Source of the DNA: Lama guanicoe
Taxonomy: Eukaryota
DNA length: 64,000 nucleotides
Assembly: GCA_013239625.1 (NCBI GenBank)
Contig: MU054117.1
Location: 4,702,677 to 4,766,676, forward strand
Reading direction: 5' to 3'
Below, one piece after another: positions 51,727-64,000 of this stretch. Numbering within the stretch: position 1 is the first letter of the stretch; every line of letters starts with the position of its first letter. Made by a program: the position numbers and the translations under genes. A model generated the notes under the pieces. That model was not told the DNA's origin and did not search any database. It saw only the letters and a program-made list of their open reading frames with translations.

Positions 51727-54700
51727 CTAAGATTTTCTCCTCTTTGCGGGTGGGCGCCAGCTGGAACTGCAAGGGGACAGGGTGGGAGTCTTAGGTTCCT
51801 TGGGGGTGCCATTCTGTTTCTGGAAGGCAGCCTTCTTGACAGGCTGCTCCGGCAACTGCTTTACCTTCTCAGCCCCTGCAGTGTTCCCACAGGGCCGGTC
51901 ACCGTCCTCAGGCTTGAGAGCAGCCTGGGCCTTAGAGAGGGGCTGCACTGCAGGCGTTTCTGTGTCTGGGCCCTTGTGGGGAGCGTGCTGCTTCCAGAAG
52001 GCAACTTTCTTGGAGGACGGCAGTTTGGGAGACTGTTGCTTTAGTTTCCCAGCCACTGCAGCTTTTTCAGCCAGCTGACTGCTGTCCTGGCTCTTGGAGG
52101 AAGGCTGGGCTTTTGTGACAGAAGACACGGTGGACAATTTTGAGTCTGTCCCTTTGGAGATGCCATTCTGCTTCCGGAAGGAAGCCTTCTTGAGATGTTG
52201 CCGTTTCTGTGGCCGCTGCTTTGCTTCCACAGCCACTCTGGCCTTCTTGGCAGACTGACCGCTGCTCTCAGACTTGGCGGTCACCTGCCCTTTTGGGTTG
52301 GACAAGTCTATGTTTGCAAGAGTAGATGTTGCAGAATTTCCTGGGGTTAAAATTAAACAGTTTGAGAAAGTGGGCCTCACCACTGGGTCTTGATCATTAG
52401 TGGAGAAAGTAAGCAGAGGTATTAAAACAAGGAAATTGCCTGGTGCTAGCTCCTGGCCAAGTGGTCCACACAATCTGCCTAAGAGTAGGCTCCCTGGGTT
52501 CATATTACTCAGTAGCACCTGGCCTTTACTCAAGTCATTTTTGAATTTCGTATTAAAGAGAAGGGATCACTACCCATCCTTGAGCCAAAAGATTTTTAGA
52601 GGAAGTTATGCCCCCTTGAGGATAGCAGGTTACAAGACACTCTAAGGAGGTGAATCCCAAATAAACCTGAAGCACTAGGCTTTTCTTTTAAGAAAACAAT
52701 TTTTTTCCATGCAGATTTTGATGAGATGCAGGAAAATAAGACTGACATATATTAAATATGTACTTTTACAGTTACAGCAGAAAACAAAAATTACAGGAAA
52801 TCTTGACATTTCTTAGAGGTGTTTACTCCGTAAACATTGAGATGTGACTTTTCTCAAGAGGCAGTTCATAAAGAAAAACAAAGTCAACTCAGTAAGTCAC
52901 ACAGTTTGTATCCAGAGAAGCCTGCCTCTCCCTCTTCCGACTAAACCCGGGGTGACATCCCAGCATGCAGAGCCTTCTGGCCGTTTCAGAAAGCCCCACC
53001 CTTCCCCTTGAGATCCAGGCCAGACTCCTCAAGATGGCTGAGAGAACAAGCTGCAGCTAGTGTGATGGGCTCAGAGAAGCGCTGCGGGTTCTGAGGAGTC
53101 CTGTGCCAAGCCAGTGCTGACAAGGCTTGGCCCAGCAGAGGTCTACTACCAGGAAGGCAACCTTCAGCCAAGAAAAGAAACCACACCCACGAGGGGAATG
53201 CATTTAATGCCCAGCAACTGCAGCCACTTGGCAGAATCAAGGAAAAGGCCTCACTCACATAAATGCTGTAACACACCCAAACAGGGTCCAGGCTCGGGAA
53301 CCACTCTAGTTGGGATAAAAGGGGCCTCTCACCCTACCATGCAAAGGCTGGAAGAGGAAGGCAAGAGACTTGGCTCTTCCCTGCAGCACACTTTACAAAA
53401 GCATCTTCAGAGAAACAAAGAGCAGAGCGCTTACCTGTTTGGGGCTGGGGGATAGAATTGGAGAATTTCTTGAACTTGGCAATAAAAAAACCATCCATGT
53501 TGTGGGTGTGCGGGTAGAAGCGGCGGGTGGAGCGCAGAGTAGGGTGGAAGCGCCTTTCCCGGAACCGGGTGAAGCCCTCCTGGCCAAAGTCTAGGCCAGT
53601 GGGCACCAGCCGCACATTCCTCTTTTTCAGGGCATAGTCTACCACCCACTCATTCTCTTCCACCTGACAGGCGGGGAGACAGAGAAGGAAAGCAGAGCTG
53701 GAGCTGAAGGGGGCACCGAGGGACGACAACAGCCCCCAGCCCTGCCCCTCACCCCGCGACAGGCCTCACCATGACGGAGCAGGTGCAGTAGACCAGGTAG
53801 CCTCCCGTCCTGGAGGTGGCGCTGACGGAGTCGATAGCACTCAGAAGCAGCTCCTTCTGCAGGTGAGCACAGCGCAGGATGTCCTTCTCATCCTGTCCCA
53901 AGACGGAGAGATGCACGGTGTTGAATTTCAAAGGCAGCCTCGGGAGAAAGGAGCCACTGACTGCTCAGAGGGCGACTCCACCTTCCACTCTGGCTCCACA
54001 AGGTCCCCCCAAAAGACATCTCGGCTGGTCCCAACTCTACCTTGTTAGTTTTCACAGCCGGGTCCTTGGAGATAACCCCAGTGCCACTGCAGGGAGCATC
54101 CAGCAGGACTCGGTCGAAGCCCCCTACCACCTGGGCAAAAGGGCAGATCACTCAGATGTTTTTGACACCTGAACCACACCACTTATTTCCCAGGGGCAAG
54201 TCTCAACGCTGACGCCAGAAGAGGGGAGGGGACCTGGAAGATGGCTCAGGAGAGACGCGCCAGGGGGGCCCCACCTTGGGGAACTGGCGCCCATCGTAGT
54301 GGCTGATGATGGTGTTGGTGACTCCCAGCCGGTGCAGGTTGCCCACGACACTCTTAAGCCGCTCAGCATTGGCATCGTTGGCAAGGATCACACCTGTGTT
54401 CTTCATCAGCTGGGCTGAAGGAGGGCACAGTGCTCACCAGCAGCTCCCCAGCCTCCACACCTGCTGGCCACCCTCCAGCCCAGGAATCTGCCAGTGAAGT
54501 CTCATCCCTTCCAGGCAGACTCCACCCACAATGAGCCGCATTCCCCACTGCCTACCCTGTAGTGAGCACGCCTCCCAGGGTGGTTTTTCCACTATTACTG
54601 AAAGCCCTTCTGATCCTAGAGACCAAGTTACTTCTTACAAGTGTTAACAAGTTAATAAAATGTTATGTCTAACTACATGCTGAACATTGTCAAGGACTTC

Positions 54701-55935
54701 AACATGCACATCTCAACCCTCAGTATACATAATATACATACTCACAGCCCAAGTATACATAATAGCCCACTCAAGCAAGAGGACACCTTGCCACGGATGA
54801 CTGCGACCAGGGGCTTGGCCAAAGCCACGTGGGCAGTGAGAGGCACGCATGGGGCTGGAATCCAGGCAGACTCCAGAGCCTGTGCCCGCCCCCCCGATCC
54901 TGCTGAACGCCTGCACACTGTTCCCTGAGCGCTGGCGACTCACCGAGCCCACCTACTTTCATAAGCAGAGAGCCAGGTGAACCCTAGCCCTGCTGGCCCC
55001 TCCATACCTATGTAGCTGGTCTTTCCTCCAGGCGCACAGCACATGTCCAGGATCCGCTCATGTTCCTGGGGTGCCAAGGCCATGACAGGCAACATGCTGG
55101 AGGCTCCCTGCAGCATGTAGTGCCCAGCCAGGTACTCAGGAGTAGCACCTGTGGAGGAGGACCCGCTTGTGACATGCCGGGACAAGGGCAGGGGGAGAAG
55201 GGCCACCAGGCAGGGAACACTTACCAATGGGCACTGAAGAATCATAGACCACAAGTCCAGTCTTTGACCACTTGCCCAGGGGATCCAGGTTAACCCCACG
55301 ATTGATTAGAGCCTGAAGATAAGAGGGATGAAGGTTTTTAAAACCTCGTAGGCTACTCTACCCAGAAAGCAGATGGAGCAGGAAAACCTGGTCCTGTCAG
55401 GAGGTCTGTGGCACCATAACCCCCTAAAGCTTAGTCAGGACACAATCACTGCAGGCTCATGGAGCAGTTTCTCACATTGCATCCACAGTGTCCTTCTCCT
55501 TAGCCTCAAGTTCTAACTCTAGGTCTGAACTTCCTCCCAATGCAGCAACTGCCAGATCCTATTCTTTTATTTCCTGAAAGTAGACTCTGATTTTCCAAGA
55601 GGCTTAGCCCCCTTACCACACTAAAATTTAGAATTATCAGTTACAGCACTTTAATTTTCAGGTTATCTTCAAGCCATGAGATATACACACATAGTGCCAC
55701 ACCACTGACTCTGAAACTAGAATGTTTAACCTGGGGTCCCTGAACCCTTGGAAATGATGAGCTTAAAATATTGCCTGTGCACCGTTTCTATTCCTGAGGG
55801 CAGGAATCAGTTTCAGCAGCTTCTCAATGATCGACAAGGAAGACAGCTCCCTCCCACTTCTTTCTGCGGCAGCACTCGTTTGTTTGTTTTGGAGAGAAGG
55901 TTGTTTATTTGGTTATTGATTTATTTATTTTCTTG

Positions 55936-55966
<31 letters not shown>

Positions 55967-58900
55967 CTTAACGGAAGTACTGGAAATTGAACCCAGGACC
56001 TTGTGCATGCTAAGCACACACTTTACCACTAAGCTATAGCCTCCCCACTTCTATGGCAGCATTTTTATGGTGACACAGACATCCCAGCCCTGTCACAGGG
56101 AGCAGAGGCAGAACAGACCAGTTTCCCACTCCATAGAGGTCTTCGGCCCTTAGCCAGCCCACCAAACCCAGCATGACACTAGACTGGACCTGTCTAGGTT
56201 TGCCTCCTGGAATCATGCCTGTACCAAGAAATGCTCAGGTACTGAAACCCCACCCAGTCACAGGGCGGGATAAGGAAATCTCGGGGGCTCGCAGAAGTCA
56301 GTGCCTCCCCGAGACAAGCAAACCTCAAAGCCCACCCCTCACCTGAGCCAGGTCCCGGCGTCGGGTCTTCAAGGTATTGGTCCTGAGGGTGATAGGCCGA
56401 GGCACCTCATTGGCTTCCAAGAACTCCACCAGCTGGGACAAAGGACGGCAGGGAAAAGGTCAGGCCAGCCTAGGAGCTCAGCCAGAAAATTAGGGAGCAA
56501 AGGGGCCAACCGCCTCCCTCACACAGGGAGAGAAGGTGAGGAAAGCACAGCAGGAAGGGCGTCAGACTGGCCCTCAGCACCTCGGATAGAGGGAAGAGGT
56601 CCATAAGCTTGCCAAGGAGGAAGTCTCCGTAGGAGTAGTAAGTGGCCAGATCCTTCCGAAGCCGCTGCAGATACTCAGATCGAGACCGACCTTCCTCCCG
56701 CTGTGTCCCGAAGTCACGCAGCACTCCCACTATATCTTGGATGCGCTTGTGAACCCGCTGCAAGTCTGGAGCCTGGGCATGTGGACCTGCTAAGTAAGGA
56801 ACTGCTTCCTAATGTCCCGGGGCTGGAAACCGCCTCTCCCAAGCATCTCCCCGATCCCTGCACCGCTGCACCCAAAGGATATCTTGCTCCATCTCCCCAG
56901 TAGGGGGCAGCACAAAAGGCTCCTCCTCATCCACATTGATCTGCAAGCCATCAGCCTCTTCATCCTCTCTGGGGCCTGACTCAGGGGACACCGTCTCCTC
57001 TTCTTCCTCTTCATCAGTCTCCTCCTCGCTCCACTGGCCCCTGTGAACATAGCGGTTCACAGATCCAAACAGACACCTCCTCCTCCCCACTCATGTTTCC
57101 CTCATCCCAGCCTATTTCCTCCTTAAGAGCTTCCAAAACTCACCCAGCAGCAGCTTCCTGAGCCTTCTGCTTCCGAGCAGCCCTTTCAATGGGCAGCAAC
57201 TGGAAAGAGAGACAAAGGGCTGGTGACGCAAAGCCTGCCCTTCTACAGCCCACATGACACTTCCTGCCTCTGTGTTTTACTTTTCCCTAAATACAGATAC
57301 AACTCTTAACTCCCAGAAAGAAACATATACCCTCTAAAAATGGGTATAAGATTGGCAAAACATTTCCCGTCGCTGAAATAACATGACAGATTGAAAGCGT
57401 TCATTGTTCTTTCTACACCGGAGAGCACACAGGCGTGGGGAGGCAAAAGCCGTTTTTCATATTATTGAAATTGTGATGCATTTTCAGGTTTGTTTTTTGC
57501 CTTTTCTCATTTACAGTTATATCTGTAATCTAGCTGTATTCACAGTTACAAGCGTTTTCATAGACATAATGGCCAAATGTTAATGTAGCATATGAATGAA
57601 CCAGAATTCAGGTAAGCATACTGGGCATTTTGGAAGTTTGCAGAGTCGCTGGCAACATGGTCCACACAGTGCCTGTAAATCTCATAATAATAACTCCATG
57701 GAGAGAAGGGGGGTTATGGGAGACAGGTGCAATTGGGAACTTTCTTTTTATTCAATGCAACTCTATATTGCCTGACTTTTCCTAATAACACATTCGTATG
57801 CTAATTTTGTGATACATAAATAACTTCTTACGTCTTAGCAAATGTATCTTTATTTATATATTCTGGATCATCTTCCTAACTGGAATTACTAAGTCAAACA
57901 GAAAAGCCTTTTTAAGGTTCTTAGATACCAAATGCCATTAAGAAGTCTGTGTGCATTGCTAGTCCCATTAGCAGGTCCGTACACACGTCCGCCTTGCCAT
58001 GTCTGCACCAGCCGCGAGCACTCTCATCTCACAGTGCACTGTCCTATAGCTCTTGTCAACTTGCACGTGTGCTGAGAGGACATAAGGCGGTATGAAAACA
58101 CTGATGGAAAGTGAAAATCCTTTTTTTCTACTCAGGTTTATCCTGGTCATTGAGGAATAATCTCAAGGATCTGGAAAGACTCTAAAAAGGCAAGGATCGC
58201 TTCCTGAACACCCCAAGAAATAAAGCTCACCTCCTCACCATCCTCCTCATCTTCATCCTCGGAGTTGGAGTCAGCTCCATAGTCATCTACCATGTCAGGA
58301 TCACTGTCTTCAGAGCCCCAGAGGTCCCCCTGGTTCAACACACTGTCCTCTCCAGAGTCTCCCTCCTCATCACTGCTATGGCCTGGTGCCAGGCGCTTCT
58401 TGCTTTGAGTAGTGGTAAATAAGGACAGGGCTCCCTTCTTACCGGGTGTCTGGACAGCTCCTGCAAAGATCCCAAAGGGTTTGAAGAATCCTGGACTCAT
58501 GGCAGCCACACACTGATGGGTCCCACACTATCCACTCCCAAGAATGTCCTTGTGGCTGTTCCTTTCACTCCAGAAATGCTCAGCAAGCCCTTCCCCACCT
58601 AGGATCCAGAGGACTCCTCAAAGAGCAACCAGCCCCTATTTTCACTGACCTTTTGGTAGCTTTCCAGGCAGCGGTTTGGCCCCAGGAGACTTACTCATCT
58701 CAGGGGCATCAGCAGAGCCCAATTTCCTCTTGGCTGCCCTGAAAAGACATAAGAATGAGAAGGAATGAGGAGAAGGAACACACTTGCCACCTCCCATTGC
58801 AGGGAAATGTGACAGCCCCCTAACAGCCCTTTCCATCAGCACGGTCACATGGGATCATGTGGTTACAGACGAGCAGGACCAATTTAATCTGTGTAACGTA

Positions 58901-60118
58901 GTCTGAACACTCACACTCACCTCTTTCGAGCACGACTGGACAGCCTCTTGGAATTGTCCTCACCAGCTGTTTAAAAAACCAGGCAGAGCAATAAGTTACA
59001 GGGGAAAAGAAAAAGAGCAATGGGAGAGGAAATAAAAGGGGAGAGAATTAGGACACTAGTTTTTAAAGGCAGTAGATTGTAACTCACTCCACTGTGCTCT
59101 ACCAGGAGCTGAATAAGAGATAAGAAATAAAGGAAATGATCTCCATCTGGTTGTTCATCAACCAAGTCCACACTGGGCCTCCCTCCAGACTTCTGATTTC
59201 AATAAATAGCATAGCTGCCATTCTGATAACAACACAGATTCAAAATTTATCTTTCTTCTGCCTTTTCCTTTAGTCTCAGTTACCAACACCAGAGTTTACC
59301 TTTACAACTGCTGCTTTTCATATCTTCTCCAAGAAATAAAAGGTTTAAATGTCAGCCCTATTGTTTAATAATTGTAGGCAAGCTAACCTCTCAGCATCCA
59401 ACTTCTTAGCACTGCCTCTCTCACAGGACACTAAAGAGAATGACATGGTAACAATGTGTCCAAAGAGTTCAGTGTAATGTTCAGCACTTACCAATACCTC
59501 AATAAACTGCATCTTTCACACAAAGCTCAACACAAACTACCTGCCCGTCCTTCTCTCCCACCCAGTCTTCCACACAGGAGACAGCTCACCACCTGGGAAC
59601 CAGACCTGTGCTTCCCCATCTCCATCCCCTCCACGATGGAGTTCACAGTGACTGGCCTGTCCCAACTTCCACTTGCTAAAATGTCACTCACATTTCAAAA
59701 CTCATCTTTACGAAACTTTCTGAAACTCTAACTCCGTAGGCTCCCCTCTTCCTCTGAACCCTCTCAATGTTAAACCACACCTCTCGTTGCATGACTACTT
59801 GTCGCATCTTCCCTACGTCCTAAATGCTCATGAAGGTGTTTCGTTCATACACGCATACTTCGTTCATACTTACTTCCTAATAACACATATAAAGAAAATT
59901 CCACGTGAACAGAAAGGAACACACAGGCTGAAAAACGTAAAGGTTATGCTACAGATGGAAGAATGGCGCAAAAGCTGGAGACTCGGTAGGAGCGGGCGCA
60001 CCTGACCCTTACCTGCAGGCAAGAATTTGGCGAGTTCGGTCTCAGCACCCTTCTGTTTCCGGGCCTTTCGGCCTGGCCCCCGTTTCTCCTTCTTCGTAGG
60101 GTCCAACTTGCGCCCCAT
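51727..60118 (-). CDS. NOP2: Nucleolar 28S rRNA m5C methyltransferase NOP2 (NOL1/p120/NSUN1), 15 coding exons, 2400 nt, 799 aa
   Basis: Exons: 60013-60118, 58921-58966, 58650-58738, 58231-58460, 57144-57199, 56883-57040, 56581-56780, 56343-56432, 55225-55312, 55008-55148, 54275-54414, 54041-54130, 53770-53892, 53435-53663, 51727-52340. Motifs [55 protein letters not shown]. One intron is AT-AC (56781-56882). Likely variant polyA signal AATACA at 51588-51593. Confidence 0.96.
55878..56047 (-). mobile_element. tRNA-derived SINE (probably camelid vic-1-like) with a (CTAT)n microsatellite in its tail
   Basis: GGAAGTACTGGAAATTGAACCCAGGACCTTGTGCATGCTAAGCACACACTTTACCACTAAGCTATAGCC. CTAT repeats at about 55937-55966. 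Confidence 0.8.
56781..56882 (-). other. U12-type (minor spliceosome) AT-AC intron of NOP2
   Basis: On the minus strand the intron starts ATATCCTTT and ends CCAC, with branch-like TTCCTTAC about 13 nt upstream of the 3' end. This junction keeps the frame (MEQ-D-AQAPDL). Confidence 0.93.
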
Positions 60119-60329
60119 GGTCCTGGGGAAAATAAAAACGGGAGACAGGTGAGGTGGCGCGTGTTGTAAGACAAAGGCAGGGTGCAGACGAAGCGAATCG
60201 CAGTGTAAAGGGCTTCGCCCCGACCAGAACCTCGACTCGGCAGCCCAACAGCCCCTCGAGGCCTAGCCAACCTCCACTCCACGCTGAGCCCCAGGCCCTG
60301 GTTCCCACGCCGTCTGCACCGTGTCACCC

Positions 60330-60830
60330 TTCCCACGCCCCAGTCCAGCTCCGCGCCTCACCTTTCCTTCCTGGAATTCCTCCAGACCCGCGCGAAGCCT
60401 CGTTTCACCCGGAAGCGGGCCCGGCCCCGAGACCGCCCTGGGCAGCAGGCGCGCGACTCCACGTGCGACCGGAGGCCGGCGCTCAGACGCCACACCACGG
60501 AAACGTCTCACGCAGGCGCACAGCGCGCGCTCGCCTCGAAGCCCCGCCTCTTCCGGGATCTCAGGCCGCCGCGGAAGCCGGAACGTTAGTCGGTCGGGGC
60601 GGGCGTGGCGGCGCGGCGGGGCACGATTCCGGGGCGGACCGTGGGCGGAGAAGCGGTGCGCGCGGGGCCGTCTTCGGCTTCCCCGCCCTCCCCTCCAGGC
60701 GTGGGCCTTTGGCTTCACTGCAGATTTGAGAAAAACTGATACCGGAAGCCGCTTCCTCCTCTCGAACGGAAGCGCCAGAGCAGAGCCCTTATTCGGGTGT
60801 CCTCTGCCCGGCGTCGCCTCAAGATCGGGG
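60330..60830 (-). promoter_or_regulatory. NOP2 promoter CpG island and non-coding exon 1 (donor at 60362/60361)
   Basis: CpG-rich. MYC-type E-box CACGTG at 60460-60465. Several CCGGAAG/CGGAAG ETS motifs and a GC box. AAG|GTGAG donor on the minus strand. Confidence 0.78.
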
Positions 60831-61914
60831 GATCCCACACCATTCACTGTGACTCAGAAACCCTCTTCCTTGAACCCACAGACCCCGCGCTGCCCCTCAG
60901 GTAAGGGTCTTCTCTGCCTAAGTTTCCATCTTGGACATCAGGAGGAAGGCATGTTGCATCTTCTCAAGTTAACAGAACTTACTTCAGCCTAAGTAGTGCT
61001 TACTAGCTGTTAAAACCTGTTCCAGCACTTTACGGGTTTCATCTTCACAACTCTGAAGAGCTCTGCTTTATGCATGAGACATCCACAGCCCGGAGTTCAC
61101 ATCCTCAACTTCACAGAGCCAGGAGGCCGCAGTGCAAGGTGTGAATCCCGGGTGGCTCCGGGGTCTCCGCTGTCCACAGGCGGTGGCGTCCTCGCCCCCG
61201 GGACACTTGCTCTTCGTGGAATCTCCGACACAAGGAAACCCTCAGTCTTCAATTGCACGCTTCGCGGGGCTTCCAACAGACACACTCACCCACCTCCACC
61301 CACACTGAATCAGAGCACTAAAATACAAGGAAACTTTTATTTTCAATTTTCGTCAAGAAATTTGCTGTGGTTTTTTATGCTTTTGGTTCTTTTCCTTTTT
61401 TTTTTTTTTTTCCACTTTATTTCATTCTAGCCGCTCAGGGCCTGGAGCCGCTGGGTTCCTGGTATTAAAAAGATGCCAACAGAGGTAGCTGTGTCTCGCC
61501 CAGGGGCCCGGCCCACTGTGAATACCCCCAAAAAAGGAGAAAAGAAAACACAAAATAAACCAACAAAATAAAACCAAAAGGACGAAGAAATTCAGATCGT
61601 TTTCTTCAAGCCTGGCGGAAACCCACAACAGTTTGTAACAGACGTTACAGTGGGGAGAAGCCAGGGCCCAGGCCAGCCCGCCAGCTCCCTGCAGATGGCG
61701 CCGGCGCTACTGCTGCACGTCTCTCCAGCAGGAAGGGCACCACTGCCCCTCACTCCCTCCCCTCCCCCAGTGCACGGGGGTTGTTCCTCTACAACATGGA
61801 AGATGGGGCAGAAGGAAGGAGAGGGTCTCTCAGGCCCCCAGGGGAGAAGCTGGGCAAGGGAAAGTGAGGAAGGTCACTGCTCAGCGGTGGAGGTGGTATC
61901 ATCAATCTGGATCT

Positions 61915-63241
<1,327 letters not shown>

Positions 63242-64000
63242 TTACTTCTGGTGGGCCTCCCAGAACCTGTAAAGAACCTTCCGATGGCCCCACACCCAAC
63301 CAGTTCAGTGTTATGTTGCCTTTTTTTTTTAACCCTCCTTTGGAGGTTGGTGTTTTTAAGGCTCTTTACCCTTTACTGATTCACTCTTAACACAAAAATG
63401 ATAAAAACTCAAATTTAGAAAGTACAGAATATATAAGAGAATTAAGATCACAATTCCACCTCCTAAAGATACTGTTAACATTCTGAGGTCTTCTGTTGCA
63501 TTTGTATTTTACAAAAATTAAGATCATTCTATGTAAGTATTTACATTGTGTTTTCACTCTCAAAGTTATAGAGTATGAATTTTCCTTTATTATTAATTGC
63601 TGTTTATAAAAGATGACTTTTAATGGCTGCATGGCAGTCCATCCTGTGGATATACCTACTATATCATTTAGGTTGTTTTACTCCTTAAAATTATTCCTAT
63701 TGTTTCTTGTCTCCATATCTCACCCGCATTCCTTTCCTTCCTCGATAGGCAACCCTTCTAATACGCTGACTGTGTACTTTTTTGAGAGTATTCTTGAAGA
63801 CTGAGGATTGTTTCATCTGCACATTTCTGATTTACAGAATGATGTTTTTCTGTCTGTTATAGAATGCTTTTTCTTCCTTCTCCTACTATACATCTTTTTA
63901 AAGCTCCCCTTATGTTGTTATAGGACGTGTATCTTGTTACTTCTGTTGCTCACATCACCTGCTCTGTGATGTGAGTCCACACTTTACCTGCCCATACTCC

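Noticed and set aside
60154..60992. 190-220 aa ORFs on both strands
   Set aside because: Located in the NOP2 promoter CpG island, with the Arg/Gly/Pro-rich composition typical of spurious ORFs.

Overview
Mammalian euchromatic, gene-dense housekeeping locus, syntenic with human 12p13.31. Gene order: MRPL51 (-), NCAPD2 (+, hosting scaRNA U85/SCARNA10 in intron 4), GAPDH (+), IFFO1 (-), NOP2 (-) and the last three exons of CHD4 (-). I traced exon boundaries by hand. The five complete CDSs sum to intact frames: 128, 1400, 333, about 558-569 and 799 aa. The tRNA-derived SINE family and the MVKVGVNG start of GAPDH point to a non-primate laurasiatherian, most likely a camelid (inference). Interspersed repeats include L1, L2, MIR, MLT1, Tigger3, MER5A, MER20 and SINEs. 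There is one 225-N gap. I found no prokaryote-style novel system. The most interesting signals are in RNA processing and evolution: an AT-AC minor-spliceosome intron in NOP2 with a deviant branch site, a 9-nt IFFO1 microexon plus tandem acceptors, a candidate 21-nt NOP2 microexon, three GAPDH introns absent in human, a shifted NOP2 stop codon, and an L1 relic shifted strongly toward GC. Comparisons with human or repeat consensus sequences are from memory and need database confirmation.
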